A stretch of 64,000 nucleotides of DNA from Psilocybe cubensis (taxonomy: Eukaryota), in the NCBI GenBank assembly GCA_017499595.2, contig CM039007.1, positions 248,001 to 312,000 of the forward strand, written 5' to 3'. This document shows, piece after piece, positions 38,310-50,116 of the stretch. Position numbers and translations under genes: made by a program. Position 1 is the stretch's first letter, and the number at the start of each line of letters is the position of its first letter. The notes under the pieces are model-generated. The model made no database searches. It was not told the origin of the DNA and was given only the letters and a program-made list of their open reading frames with translations.

Positions 38310-39092
38310 GGCGTGTAGGTTTTGAAGACGTTAATGTCCATCGTATACCCCGCGGTCTGGCCACTGGCCCTTTCCAACGGTTGCATGAAAACTTTCCCAC
38401 GACCGACGCTAACGTAAGCAGAAAATAATTTTTCCCAGTTTTTTCTTCTTTCATTTTAAAAGCAAAACGAACAAGCAATCGAAGTGCTAAGACGATGCAT
38501 GATGAATAAGTGGTGAGTGGTGGTCACCTGTTAATGCTTATAACAGAAATAATCTATTTGAACTTCACGTTCAACGTCAGAGCAGATCATTGACGTTGCG
38601 CAAGTAGGACGTGACGTGAGTGAATTTCAAATGATTATCATCGTAATCCTACTTAGCTGCTTGGTTATAAGACTAGATTTGAAGTCTCCATTACAAGGTC
38701 TGGTGACATGAATTGCACAAGAACGGAAGAAATACGGCAAGTAGCAATACAGATAATCTTCCTTTACATACTTGACTCTACTTGACTACTTTCAAGCAGT
38801 GTTGATGCATTCAGGATGACCAACTGACTCCAGACTACAATGCTTGTGATTTCTCGGATGTGCAATGTGACACAAGAGCCATATATTTCGCAGCTTCTCG
38901 ACCACTTCAATGAAATCCGGGGTGTCCAGCGAGCTTGGATATTTGTGGGGTAGTCAGATGATGATACATATGTTTTTTCGCAGGCCAAGTTAATCACAGA
39001 CCTTGGACCATCACAAAAATATACTCCATATATACAACCGCATGCACTGCTTGTGTTTGTTATTTCTGTTCTTCCCGTTTTCTACGCATCCC

Positions 39093-41666
39093 ATGGTCGT
39101 CATAACTCCAGGTGTCGATTTCATAGCGCGAAGCGTAGCTTCGGTTGGCTTATTCTTCGGGATCGTTGTCAATGTCCACTCTGTAGTGGCCTCCCGGCTT
39201 GGGTACCATGCTCCTACATGGGCCATTGTTGCTGGAGCCATCTTCAGCATACCGACCCTGGCCACTCTAAATATCATGGGTAGGAAGCTGTATAACATGT
39301 ATCAAGCATCTCGCATGGGTGCACAAATTGTACCTGAAGCTCAAGGAAAATGGCCTGGAAACTTGGACATCCTGCTGGAAATGATGAAGAATTTCAAGAC
39401 TGGTTATCCTGGTGCGCCGTTTGTGTTTCTTGTTTTAGACTTTCGGGGCACATTAACGACTTCATTGCGCGGCATGTAGGCGATGGTCTCGTAGAGCTGC
39501 TTGAGAAAAGGGGTCCTGTTGTGAATATGCGTGTGATGTGGTCGGACACCATTTTTACTGCATCTCCTGAGCACATAAAAACCATGCTAGCAACGGACTT
39601 TGAGAACTACGTCAAAGGTGTGATCCTTCGTTCTAAGTAAAAATCATCCATCTCAGGCTACGTGTTTAGGGAAACGGTTTATCTTCAACATGGAGTCGGT
39701 TTTAGGCACAGGGGTTTTTAATTCTGATGGTGAGTCTATATATTGTCCAACGCTACACATCAGCGTTGAGCGCATCATTCAGGCGAAATGTGGAAGTACG
39801 AATGCGACTTGTCAATTTGGCTTCCTAGACAACATTAACATGAATTCCCGGGAATTAGGTTCCATCGATCAATCACAAGGCCTATGTTTACGCGCGAACG
39901 GATCAGTCACTTCGAACTCTTCGATCGTCGAAGTTCCCAGGTTGTTGATAAGCTTCGCGAACGACTTCGTCAGGGTTACGCTGTTGATTTTCAGGTTTGC
40001 GGTCATTTCTTCTTCATGTCGTGCAGAGTCATCAACGCCTTTGTAGGACCTAATGTCTCGATTCACATTGGACGCAGCTACTGAGTTCCTCTTCGGAAGC
40101 AGCGTTGACAGTCTCACTGCTGGGCTTCCTTATCCTGAGAACGCAACCAATGTCCCAACCATTCAACGAACCGCCAAAGGAGATGCCGCTAATGAATTTG
40201 CTACGGCCTTCCTAGAAGCACAAAATGTCATCTCGGTCAGAGAGAGATTTGGTTGGGTATGGCCACTTGCCGAAATAGCAAAGGACAAAAGTTATCAACC
40301 CATGCAAGTTGTGAATGCCTACATCGATCCTATCGTAAAAGATGCTTTGGCAAGGAAGAGAAGTATACCAGTCGAGGAAAGGGGTTTGAAGAACGGCGAA
40401 CATGATACTCTCGTTGACAACTTGGTCAGTGTGACGGACGGTATGGCACCATTATCACTACCACATCAAATTCTGACTGAAACCTCTGATAGATCCAGTG
40501 GTTTTGAAAGATGAGATGTAGGATCTACTCCTTACCCAACTTGCAGCATTTTTTTGACCGATTATCTCGTAATTCAGACTGAATATTATGATTGGTATGC
40601 AAGCATTTACAAGCCGCTCGTTGTTACTCTGACGTCGTACTAACAGCCGGGAAAGATACCACTGCTTCGACACTCACCTTTATTTTCTACTTCCTCTCCA
40701 TATATCCAGAGGTGATGAATCGTCTACGAACAGAAATACTAGATAAGGTAGGCCCTTCACGCCGCCCGGACTACGACGATATCAGAGAAATGAGATACCT
40801 TCGGGCCGTCATCAATGGTATGTTTTTTGATCAGGCTTCAGAAAAATGTTCAACGCTATCTCATGCAATCCACAGAGACACTACGATTATACCCAATCGT
40901 GTAGGTGGATTTTGCACATCATAATGCCTCCCGGCTAATGTATCGTTGTAGGCCTTTCAATATACGCGAAAGTGTCAAAGCTTCGACGTGGAAATCGAGT
41001 GATCCAACTCAAAAACCTTACTTCATCCCAGCAGGAGTCAAGTTGGTGCTCTGCCGAATATACCATTTTTTGCTCCTAACATTATCTGACAGGACGGCGT
41101 ATTCTGTCTTCATGATGCACAGACGTAAAGACCTATGGGGACCTGATGGTATGTCCTATTTTTACTGGTTTACTCCGTTTTGTCGTTTACTTGTCCTCTT
41201 TCCCAAGCCGAGGAATTTGACCCAGACCGCTTCCTTGACGAACGCCTCAAAAAATACTTGTCAAAGAATCCGTTCATTTTCCTTCCATTCAATGCTGGCC
41301 CCCGAATTTGCTTAGGTCAACAAGTATGTGAACCTCGAATGACTATTCAGACTCAAATATCTGATAAATCCCCCGGTGTAGTTTGCATACAACGAAATGT
41401 CATTCATCATCGTCAGGCTTCTGCAGAACTTCTCAAGTGTTGAACTAGACCCCGATTCTGCTCCTGCCGATGCACATCCACCGAAGGAATGGGCTCAAGC
41501 CTCCGGAAGAAAGTCCATAGAGAAACTCTTCCCTAAAATGCATCTAACGATGTATACTAATGTGAGATCCACCTTTCTGATATCATTCCTGTCTTCAGAC
41601 ATATAACGTTTTCACCAGGGTGGTCTATGGGTCAAGATGACCGAGAGCGACAATATTAACAAATAA
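39093..41666 (+). CDS. Cytochrome P450 (CYP63/CYP52-clan-like), many exons
   Basis: [35 protein letters not shown]-helix AGKDTT, ETLR, FDPDRF and heme motif [15 protein letters not shown]. Confidence 0.95.
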
Positions 41667-41862
41667 TTTGTACAATTACTTTAAGATTGTATGCAATATG
41701 TCTCGACAAGTCTGGATTAATGAATAAACCTCTGTATAACATTATAACGGTGTGAAAAGGGCATTAAAAAGATAGTAAGATACATCGAAGGCAGCAAAAG
41801 AAAATTTGAAACAATTGTCGAGTGCCATTCTCTAACGATCGATGATTCCGAAAGATTCCACT

Positions 41863-42875
41863 CTAAACTTCGTGTGTGTGGACAATGGCCGGCCCTTGTA
41901 CCGAATGTCCTTGGATGGCAGTGGCATGTGCTGGGACGGGGTGTCCTGGGACGGTCGTGGGGTGTGCAGGAACGGTAGTGGTGTGTGCTGGGAGAGCCGC
42001 CGTCTGTACAGTGTTTCCTGCAACCCCGGTAGTTCCAGCAGCGACAGGAGTAGATCCAACATTGTGTGCGGTGGGCTGAACATTGTTGTACGCAGTGGTG
42101 GTGGTTCCTCCCCCGGTCGTGGCTCCCACCGAACGGGCCTGACGAGTCTCAGGATATGTACCATACTCATTCCCCCCGTAAACCGGGTCGGAGAGTGTAC
42201 GTTTGCGGGTCAACATGCTGAGGAGACTAGCCAGGATAAGGAAGGTACTCAGAATGAAACACATCCACGAAAATGCCTTGATTGTTTCCAGAATGCGACA
42301 GACTTTGTAATGGCCTCGGCAGTGCTTCAGGTGAAGCCATTTGTGCTATTGTTGACCGCTCAGGTGGATGAATCTTCTAATGGGGGGACAATTACTCACT
42401 GTCATTATAGCGGCCCCGACGAGGAACATGACCCATATAACAAATAAGGACATATGTTCGGATATGTATTTGGAGAGAGGGTTACGAAGTTTCCCAAGAA
42501 TAGAAGCCAAGCTATGATAGAGATTGAGCGAGTGAGGCTCGAAAATTATTTAAATGGACGCACAACCAAGCGGAAATCAACAAGGCCAGGATAGATGTAA
42601 CCAGTAATTCCACGATGATTGGGTCTAGTATCGCGTTCAGCGCTCCCTGTTCGTACCACTACGAACGATAACGTACCGTAAAAGTGACTATTGCTCGTTA
42701 GGATATCGCCATTTCTAAGACTTTTAGTGTAATGAATCCTGTATCCCGTTAATCCGAGCAATACCACAGAAAGCGGGAACTAAACACGGGCATAAGTGAT
42801 GTACGACGACAACGTCAAAGGAACAGTGAAACAAACCAATAGCGCATAAAGCGCGGCGCGGATAGGGTTGAACAT
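41863..42875 (-). CDS. MARVEL-like four-TM membrane protein with Thr/Pro/His-rich tail
   Basis: MFNPIRAALY..., VLLGLTGYRIHYT, FYDPIIVELL, ACRGHYKVCRILETIKAFSWMCF. Tail carries PAH repeats. Confidence 0.7.
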
Positions 42876-43739
42876 GTTGAGGAGATGAGCTTTGTGTAAG
42901 TGGCAAGTGTTGGACGTCGGTCACTTTCAGCGCCTGACGTGAACATCGCAGAAATTCCTCGTTTTATATATTGATCCACATACACCACATCGGTGAACCA
43001 TGGCGGGTAAGTCAAGGCAAAATATCTAGAACATTGCGGCGCACATGAATCAAACGATTGATAACCACGTTTAAAATCTAGTAGATCAAACGATAATGAC
43101 GACATTTAAAGACGACATTTTCCTCCTATGTGCGGAAGTCGGAAGGCAGCTTTCTCTTTCCGAAACATCATATTGAGAAGGCGTAGACATGGTGAAAAAT
43201 AGAGGGAATATCGCAATGTGAAGGATAGGGAAATACCAATGATATTGATGATACCCTTATTATTGACTCCATAAACTAGTATGAATACTTCAGGAGGCTA
43301 TTTAATAGAGAGACGTGGTTGAGACGGCGTGGTGGAAGCATGGAAGGATTTAGTTTGGGAATAAAAATAGATCATAGTGTTCAAAAAATAGATTTTTTTA
43401 AAAAAAAATATGGGCACGTGACTGTATGAAGATAGGGGTTCAACGCTCAACTGGTTCGCATATTGCAAAGCATGATTGCTTGAAGATCAGGTCAGTGTTT
43501 TAGGGGAGTGAATGTTGATAAATTATTACAATTGTTCTTGAGATGAGAGAATGGAATGGGTATTGGTGGGTATATCTAGCTAGTCCTTATACAGATAATT
43601 TACATGCACATCGTGAGCAGCAACAGAAATCAGCAGCGTCAATAACTGTTTAAAAAGACGGTCTGAGTGGATGAAATAGCATAAATAAGCCATCTCTGTA
43701 GACATACTATATCAATTCATTGCCTTCGCTGTCATCGAT

Positions 43740-44512
43740 TTATATACGGGAGACGTTATCGCCATACTGGCTTTGTCGTGGATTCCATCTGCCGTGAAAG
43801 GGTTCGAAAAGGGATTTGTTGGCGAGACTAAAGAGAAGACTGAGTCCAAGGAGGACAGTGATGGTGATCCACCCGAGCCAAGCAAATGCGACTAGGGCAG
43901 AGAGCACACGGCATGCCTCAAATTGTTGACAAAACGACAAATTTCCCCAAGGACCCTGGCAGTGACAAATAGGCTCGGTGAGACTGGGACTGCACAGAAA
44001 TAGAAAATACAACACACCGAAGCTGTGGCTGCCCCAGCGATCCAGAATATCCACAAAACACTAAGCCCAACAATCTCCACAAGGAAGGTAGTGAAAGATT
44101 TATATTCGTATCGTTTGTGTATTGAGTATCCACTAGGCGACGTAAGCACAGGTAGAAAAATTGCCGATAGGCCGAGAACGTACACAAATACCGCCCAAGG
44201 CATGGTTATCAAGGTTGTGAAGAGAATCTCTACGACAACGGGATCTGTGGAAAAAATAGTTTGAGTCAATGGTCAATTATGGTCACTGGGGGAGATCGGC
44301 GAACCCGAAAAGCTGCGACCGTTATTCAGAGGGTCATGGGGGGGTAGGTGGTTTGTATAATTTAGCCTGGCGGCTGAGAGGCAGAATAGGACGAATGTGA
44401 AGAACAGCTTTTTAGTTATAGGAGTTAATCGCGGATGGTCATGCACACTGTTCAATACACTTACCAGTATACAATAGAGTATAATCCTCACAACGGGAAT
44501 ATCGACCTGCAT
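43740..44512 (-). CDS. MARVEL-like four-TM membrane protein, tandem paralogue
   Basis: MQVDIPVVRIILY, VLFCLSAARLNYT, DPVVVEILF, EIVGLSVLWIFW, FCQQFEACRVLSALVAFAWLGW. Confidence 0.75.
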
Positions 44513-46018
44513 TTTCTGGAATGTCCGAATTCGCGACGTACAGTCCTAACTATTTGGGCTCCCTTGGGAAAGAGTGAGGTTTTGAGTGGACAATGAAGTG
44601 GGATGCCGCGTTCAACGCAGACAACAGAGGCCTTGAAAAGAATGTGTGGTATGAGTTGGGAAGAGGGTGTGTCTAAAACTGCAACAGAAAGAGCTGCGAG
44701 GCGATGATGGTGGTGGTGGCAGGTAAAGGGCCAAAAGCCACGCGCTTACACGCGGACCTGCTGCTCAGTGATCGTTGGCCACACGGCATTTTTAGGGTGT
44801 CGCAAAGCGTGATCTGTCGACATCGGCTACTTTAGTCGAAGCCTGGAAGGTGTCTGTCCAATGTCGTGTGAGGAGGCTCGGGCATCTGTGGAATGCCCTA
44901 ACGACACGAGCTTGGCTGGCAACCAGAATATCAAAATCCATCCTTGAGCCTGCAAGCAATTTCTAACGGATGTTTGATACATAAAAGACGTCGAAAGACA
45001 AAAACTTCGGCCACATACCGCTGGTCATGGTGTTTCCCACATCATCATTCTGAATAATTATATAGCCGATCAGCTCTCAGTAGGTGCCAGGGATCAGTTC
45101 AGCATCCAAGCTGTGACTCGTTGTACGTTATGTCTACGCTGAAGTATGACTGCTGCTGACAGGCAACCACCAAATTCCAATAGTAGCCTGCACAGTAGTA
45201 TTCGGCAGTGTGTATATACATGCTACAGTCTTTTGTTCAGCGTTCTTGTGGTATTTGTACGACTCTTTGAATGTCAAAAAAATGGAGTGAGAAAATTTCA
45301 GAGAATGATGGCAACCGGATGGCAACTACTACTAGGCACACAGGATATTTAGCATGCCGAGTTGCCGCATCTGCTCAAGTATCTGAGATTTATCTGAGAT
45401 TGAAATGAGTGTCCCTGATGAGTTGCAATTAAATCTCAGGGTGCGCGAGGCAATGAGCGACAAGTTGTTAGATTTGGTCAAGACATAAAAAATTTGGAAG
45501 AGACGCAGGATGATTTGTAGAAACCATTACTCTCTCAATGCCGGAGTCAGGCTTTTAGCAACGGTGTAGCACGAAGCTAGTGTTGGTTACTAAAATTGTT
45601 TACACCTTCATTCAAGTTGGGGTTGCTGGAAGCTATGTAATATCCACTTAGGCCAACACTAAGCATCTTTTCTTTCTCCAAAAATGTTCTACCAAGTGAT
45701 ATTCTGCTAGTGAAGCTACTGAGCCTTCAATGTACTATCATTTGAGCGTTACTCTAGTCTCCGTCCAGGGATAAATGAAGCCATAGCGTGTAGAATACCC
45801 AATTCTATGGTGTTGGGTTAATAATACAACTTCCTTCTTTTAATCACACAATAAAAATAACCTGATACACAGTTCAGCTTTAGAGTACTTTGGGCAGTTA
45901 CTCCTAACTTTTGCGAGTCAGAGTGCTGGTGCACTTATCCTATCTCAGCGGTTCTCAAACTAGTAGCTTTAGCAGGAGGTGACTAACCTATATTCAACAT
46001 TCAATAGGGTTTTCACGT

Positions 46019-46025
46019 TATAAAA
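46019..46025 (+). promoter_or_regulatory. TATA box of His-rich precursor gene 2
   Basis: TATAAAA 67 nt upstream of ATG 46086. Confidence 0.6.
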
Positions 46026-46085
46026 GCCCTTCTTGTGCTACACGAGTAGCTTCAGAGTCTCTTGAGATTTCATTAGTACGACAAT

Positions 46086-46574
46086 ATGAAGAATATCTTC
46101 AGTATCTTCGCTGTTGCTTGCGCCCTTCTCTTCACTGGAGTCGGAGCCGTTCCGATTTCCTCTGACGAAGTTGAGGCACGCGAAACCGACTACTACCGCC
46201 ACCACTATAGGCACCGCTACCACCACTGGTACCCTCGTGAGGACGAAATTAACAACGAAGTCGCTGCGACTGAGAACAAAGAGGAAGGCGACCTCTTCCC
46301 ATTTGGCTTTGGATACCACCACAGATACGGTTATTACCCCCGCGACACTGACGTTGAATCGAGCGCCGATGAAGATGCTGAAGCTGCCAGCTCCAAGCTC
46401 TGGCCCTTCGGCGGCTACGGGTACGGCCCATTCCGTCACCGTATTTTCCACCGCCCCGGATTCTTCTATCGTCGCGAAGATGAGGACACCGACGACGCTG
46501 GCGCTGTACCATACCATCATCGTTATCGCTACCGTCACCGTCGCCCTTACTACCACCACCACAGGATATACTAA
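46086..46574 (+). CDS. Secreted multi-core His/Tyr/Arg-rich peptide precursor (KEP-like), intronless, 162 aa
   Basis: Signal MKNIFSIFAVACALLFTGVGA, propeptide ending EAR, then four cationic/aromatic cores separated by acidic spacers. Units end in YPR, YPR, YRR and the C-terminus. Confidence 0.88.
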   Translation: MKNIFSIFAVACALLFTGVGAVPISSDEVEARETDYYRHHYRHRYHHWYPREDEINNEVAATENKEEGDLFPFGFGYHHRYGYYPRDTDVESSADEDAEAASSKLWPFGGYGYGPFRHRIFHRPGFFYRREDEDTDDAGAVPYHHRYRYRHRRPYYHHHRIY

Positions 46575-47869
46575 ATATGGTGTTCTAAACCTCGACGGTT
46601 AGTATACAGTTTTGTGATGATTGCTGGGATTGATTGATTTTTAGAAGCCAATTAGGCATGGCTCTTAGTGCCTGATTCAGTTTCTGCTGGTGTATCTGTG
46701 GCGATAACAAATTGTAATATATGAGAAGGCTACAAGATCAATCAAAGATATTGTTGTATTACGACAAAGTTAATGAACCACATCGTATAACATGGAACCC
46801 TGCTAAATCGCATTAACCTCGTCGAAATTATGCGCATTAGACCAAATCACTTTCAGTAGTCTCCGGTTTGAGATCACGCTTCATAATATTTCAAAAGTAC
46901 AGTATCTTTGATCCGTAGATCATCCGAAGGTAATGCGAGAGCATATTCCGGCTTTGTCCGGGCCATCGTTGGGTGAGTGAAACGGTAGGAATCGAAGTGT
47001 TTTGACTGTTGTAATTCGACTTGCGAACAAATTTAGGTATCTTCTCAATATTTTTGAGATTTATGCAACACAGCTATTCTGTGCCTGGGTGATCTTCACT
47101 GATCTCCATGATCAGTTACTAGAAACATTGGCTTCCATCCATCCATACACCGACCGCGGACTTTACATGGCTCAAAGTCCGCATGGCTGTCTTGGCGCAT
47201 GTCACTATCTGCTCTCGACCTCTGATAATAACTTCACAGTTGGTTCCCTCGCTTCTATCTTTGTGCGGCCAACGTACGTCAATTTCTCGGTCAATCTATT
47301 CGCTTCACCAGAATTTTGGATGGTCTGGTGACTCCTAATTTTTGAGTATCTTTAGATCCAGGTGTTCAGAATACATAATGCAGTTAACATCCTATATTCT
47401 GTCCTATATTTTCAATTTGGAAATAGCTTAACTATCATTACACACACCGGATCAGTGATCAGTTGTTTCACTAACATTCGTATCGTTGACACCCGCACCA
47501 CCCAAATCAAATTCAAGAGCACTTCATCACCTGGAATTTTTATCGTCATATACGTATTGGAATCATATACACACTCAAACCATACATTCAAAGTCAAACT
47601 GTGCATCCACTACTGCTCCGTGCTTCAAGGACTTCAACAACGTTACAAAATGCAATCTCTTGGCGACATGTCCCCATCCGTTGTCAGTCAATACCTCCGG
47701 GCCACCCTGCGCAGTCCGTGAAGCAAGTAAAACACGGCGTTTTTGGGCCATTGTTGAGCAGCGATCTGGGTGCGGTAAAGAAATCTAAAAGGCCGGGTAT
47801 GGTCGAAACCCTTCTGTCTTTTTTCTACTTCTACATCCACCTTGAATAATCTAAGATTGACCGACGACG

Positions 47870-49721
47870 ATGAGACTGCTCGCGAGCTCGCCGGTACGGA
47901 TCGCAGCCAGTGTAATGGGCCTCGTGGTATGACAAATATCCTCCTCTTCCTGATAGCCAAGTTTTAAGCTCTACACACGCACCTATCACGTACACAGATT
48001 CTGCTGCACTTTCTAGCCACGTTCACGCATGACGGCTACGCGCGCGCCACCTCCCTTCAGCGGTTCACCCAATCATCATCAGAGACCTCAAAGTCTGTTC
48101 AAAATCCCTCAATCCCTCCTTCACATGACATCGAGCCCCTTCCTGGCTCCGAAGCCTATCCATCATCTTCATACACGCGTGTAAACGCTACGTTCGTCAT
48201 ACTTTGCCGCAATGACCAACTCTGGGACACTATGCGATCTGTGCGAGAGATCGAGGACAAGTTCAACCACAAATATCACTATCCATATGTATTCCTCAAC
48301 GAGGTGCCGTTCACTGAGGAGTTCAAATAGTGAGTTTCTTTAATTTGTTGACTCTTGTTTAGCGTGTTGGTAGAAAACTAACGCTGTGGAAATAATGCTT
48401 AGCCGGTTGAAGACGATGGCATCTGGGAAAGCCGAGTTTGGGCTCATACCGCGGGACCACTGGTTCCAGCCTGACTGGATAGACGAAGCTAAAGCGTCAA
48501 AGTCAAGAGAGAAAATGCAGTCCGAGAACATCATCTACGGAGGCGTGTACATGTTTCCACACATCAGTAATCGCGTTAATTAATCTATCTTGAACTCAGG
48601 CAGCCTCTCGTATCGTAACATGTGTCGCTTCAACTCCGGTGTACGTGAATCCCCCTGACCCCTGTGGCTAAATATATCCTCCACGTTGGACAGAACCTGT
48701 CAATCCGCAGCGCTAATCATCGTCTTCTTAACATCCAGTTCTTCTTCCGGCATCCATTGATGGAGAAGTACAAGTGGTATTGGCGCATCGAGTATGGGTT
48801 CTTCTTCAATCTGACCGTTGTGTGTCGTTGACATGCAATCTAGACCCGACGTTCACTTCCACTGCAACATTCTCTTCGACCCGTTCCGATACATGGAGGA
48901 AAACAATAAGATATACGGTGAGCCTCCCACGTTCTTACCATCCCAAACGTAATAAAACGTTAACTTGAACTTAAACAGCATTCACGATCTCGATGATCGA
49001 GTATGAGGCGACTATACCCACGCTCTGGGGCCATGTCAAAGGTCAGTCCTCGCCCTGCTGCGCGGATTTGTGTTTCTAAACGCTTGTCTCCCTGCTTACC
49101 CACACACCAGATTTCGTCAAGAAATACCCACAATACGTTGCAAAGAACAATGCGATGGGATTCATCTCCGATGATGGGAGCGGTGACCGATATAACCTTT
49201 GCCACTGTACGCCCTCACCCCCATCATCCAGTCACTCAATCTATATCTCACTGATTATTAAATAGTCTGGAGCAACTTTGAGATTGCAAACATGGAGTTC
49301 TGGCGCGGTGAAGCTTACATGAAATTTTTCGAGTACCTTGACTCACAGGGCGGGTTCTACTACGAGGTACATTTTTTGCTTCTCCCACTCCGCCCATAAA
49401 CAGAAAATCTAACCAATGCATTTTGCAAAATAGAGATGGGGTGACGCACCTGTACATTCTATCGCTGCCTCAATCTTCGCACCGCGCGAGCAGATTCACT
49501 TTTTTGACGAGATTGGGTACGAGCACGCGCCGTACACGCATTGTCCAAAGGAAGGGGACAATTGGGAAAAGGGCAAGTGTACGTGTCGGCCGGACAACAA
49601 CTTTGGTACGTTCCTATCACTCTTCATTTTTTCCTTACCGTCTGACTGGATGGGTTTTTGGTGGATAGATTTTGACGGTATATCGTGCCTCAACAAGTTC
49701 CAAAATTTCATGAAATCATGA
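47870..49721 (+). CDS. GT15 alpha-1,2-mannosyltransferase (Kre2/Mnt1/Ktr family), many exons
   Basis: N-terminal anchor MRLLASSPVRIAASVMGLV|ILLHFLA, NATFVILCRN, YPYVFLNE, SYRNMCRFNSG, YWRIEP, EYEATIPTLW, WSNFEI, GGFYYE-RWGDAPVHSI. Confidence 0.93.
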
Positions 49722-49978
49722 ATCATGCGACCCACAACATAACACATATAATATACCCAGCCAATTGAGCTCCTGAGGCATCATTTTGAAACCTCTCCCC
49801 TCAGACTAGTCATCCACTCTTGAGCCATGTACATTAGATATATAAACATTTGAAACAAAAAGAAAGAAAAACTATACCGGATGTTATGATGAGACGTTGG
49901 CGATTTGCGTCCGCTTGCAAGCCTCATAGACGAATAAATGATATCGATAAATGGTGATATAGAAAACAATGTCCAAAA

Positions 49979-49998
49979 GATAGATAGATAGATAGATA
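49979..49998. repeat. (GATA)5 microsatellite
   Basis: gatagatagatagatagata between convergent genes. Confidence 0.85.
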
Positions 49999-50116
49999 GA
50001 CAGGGTAATAGACAGATAAAGTTAGCAGATAGTTGATAAAAAACAATGGGGAAAATACACTCCAACTCCAACCACCTCCCTTTACATTCAATTCATGTCA
50101 GATCCTTAAATTCACG

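Noticed and set aside
46900-47800. Overlapping ORFs upstream of the GT15 gene
   Set aside because: No coherent gene model or motif; the GT15 start is better explained by ATG 47870
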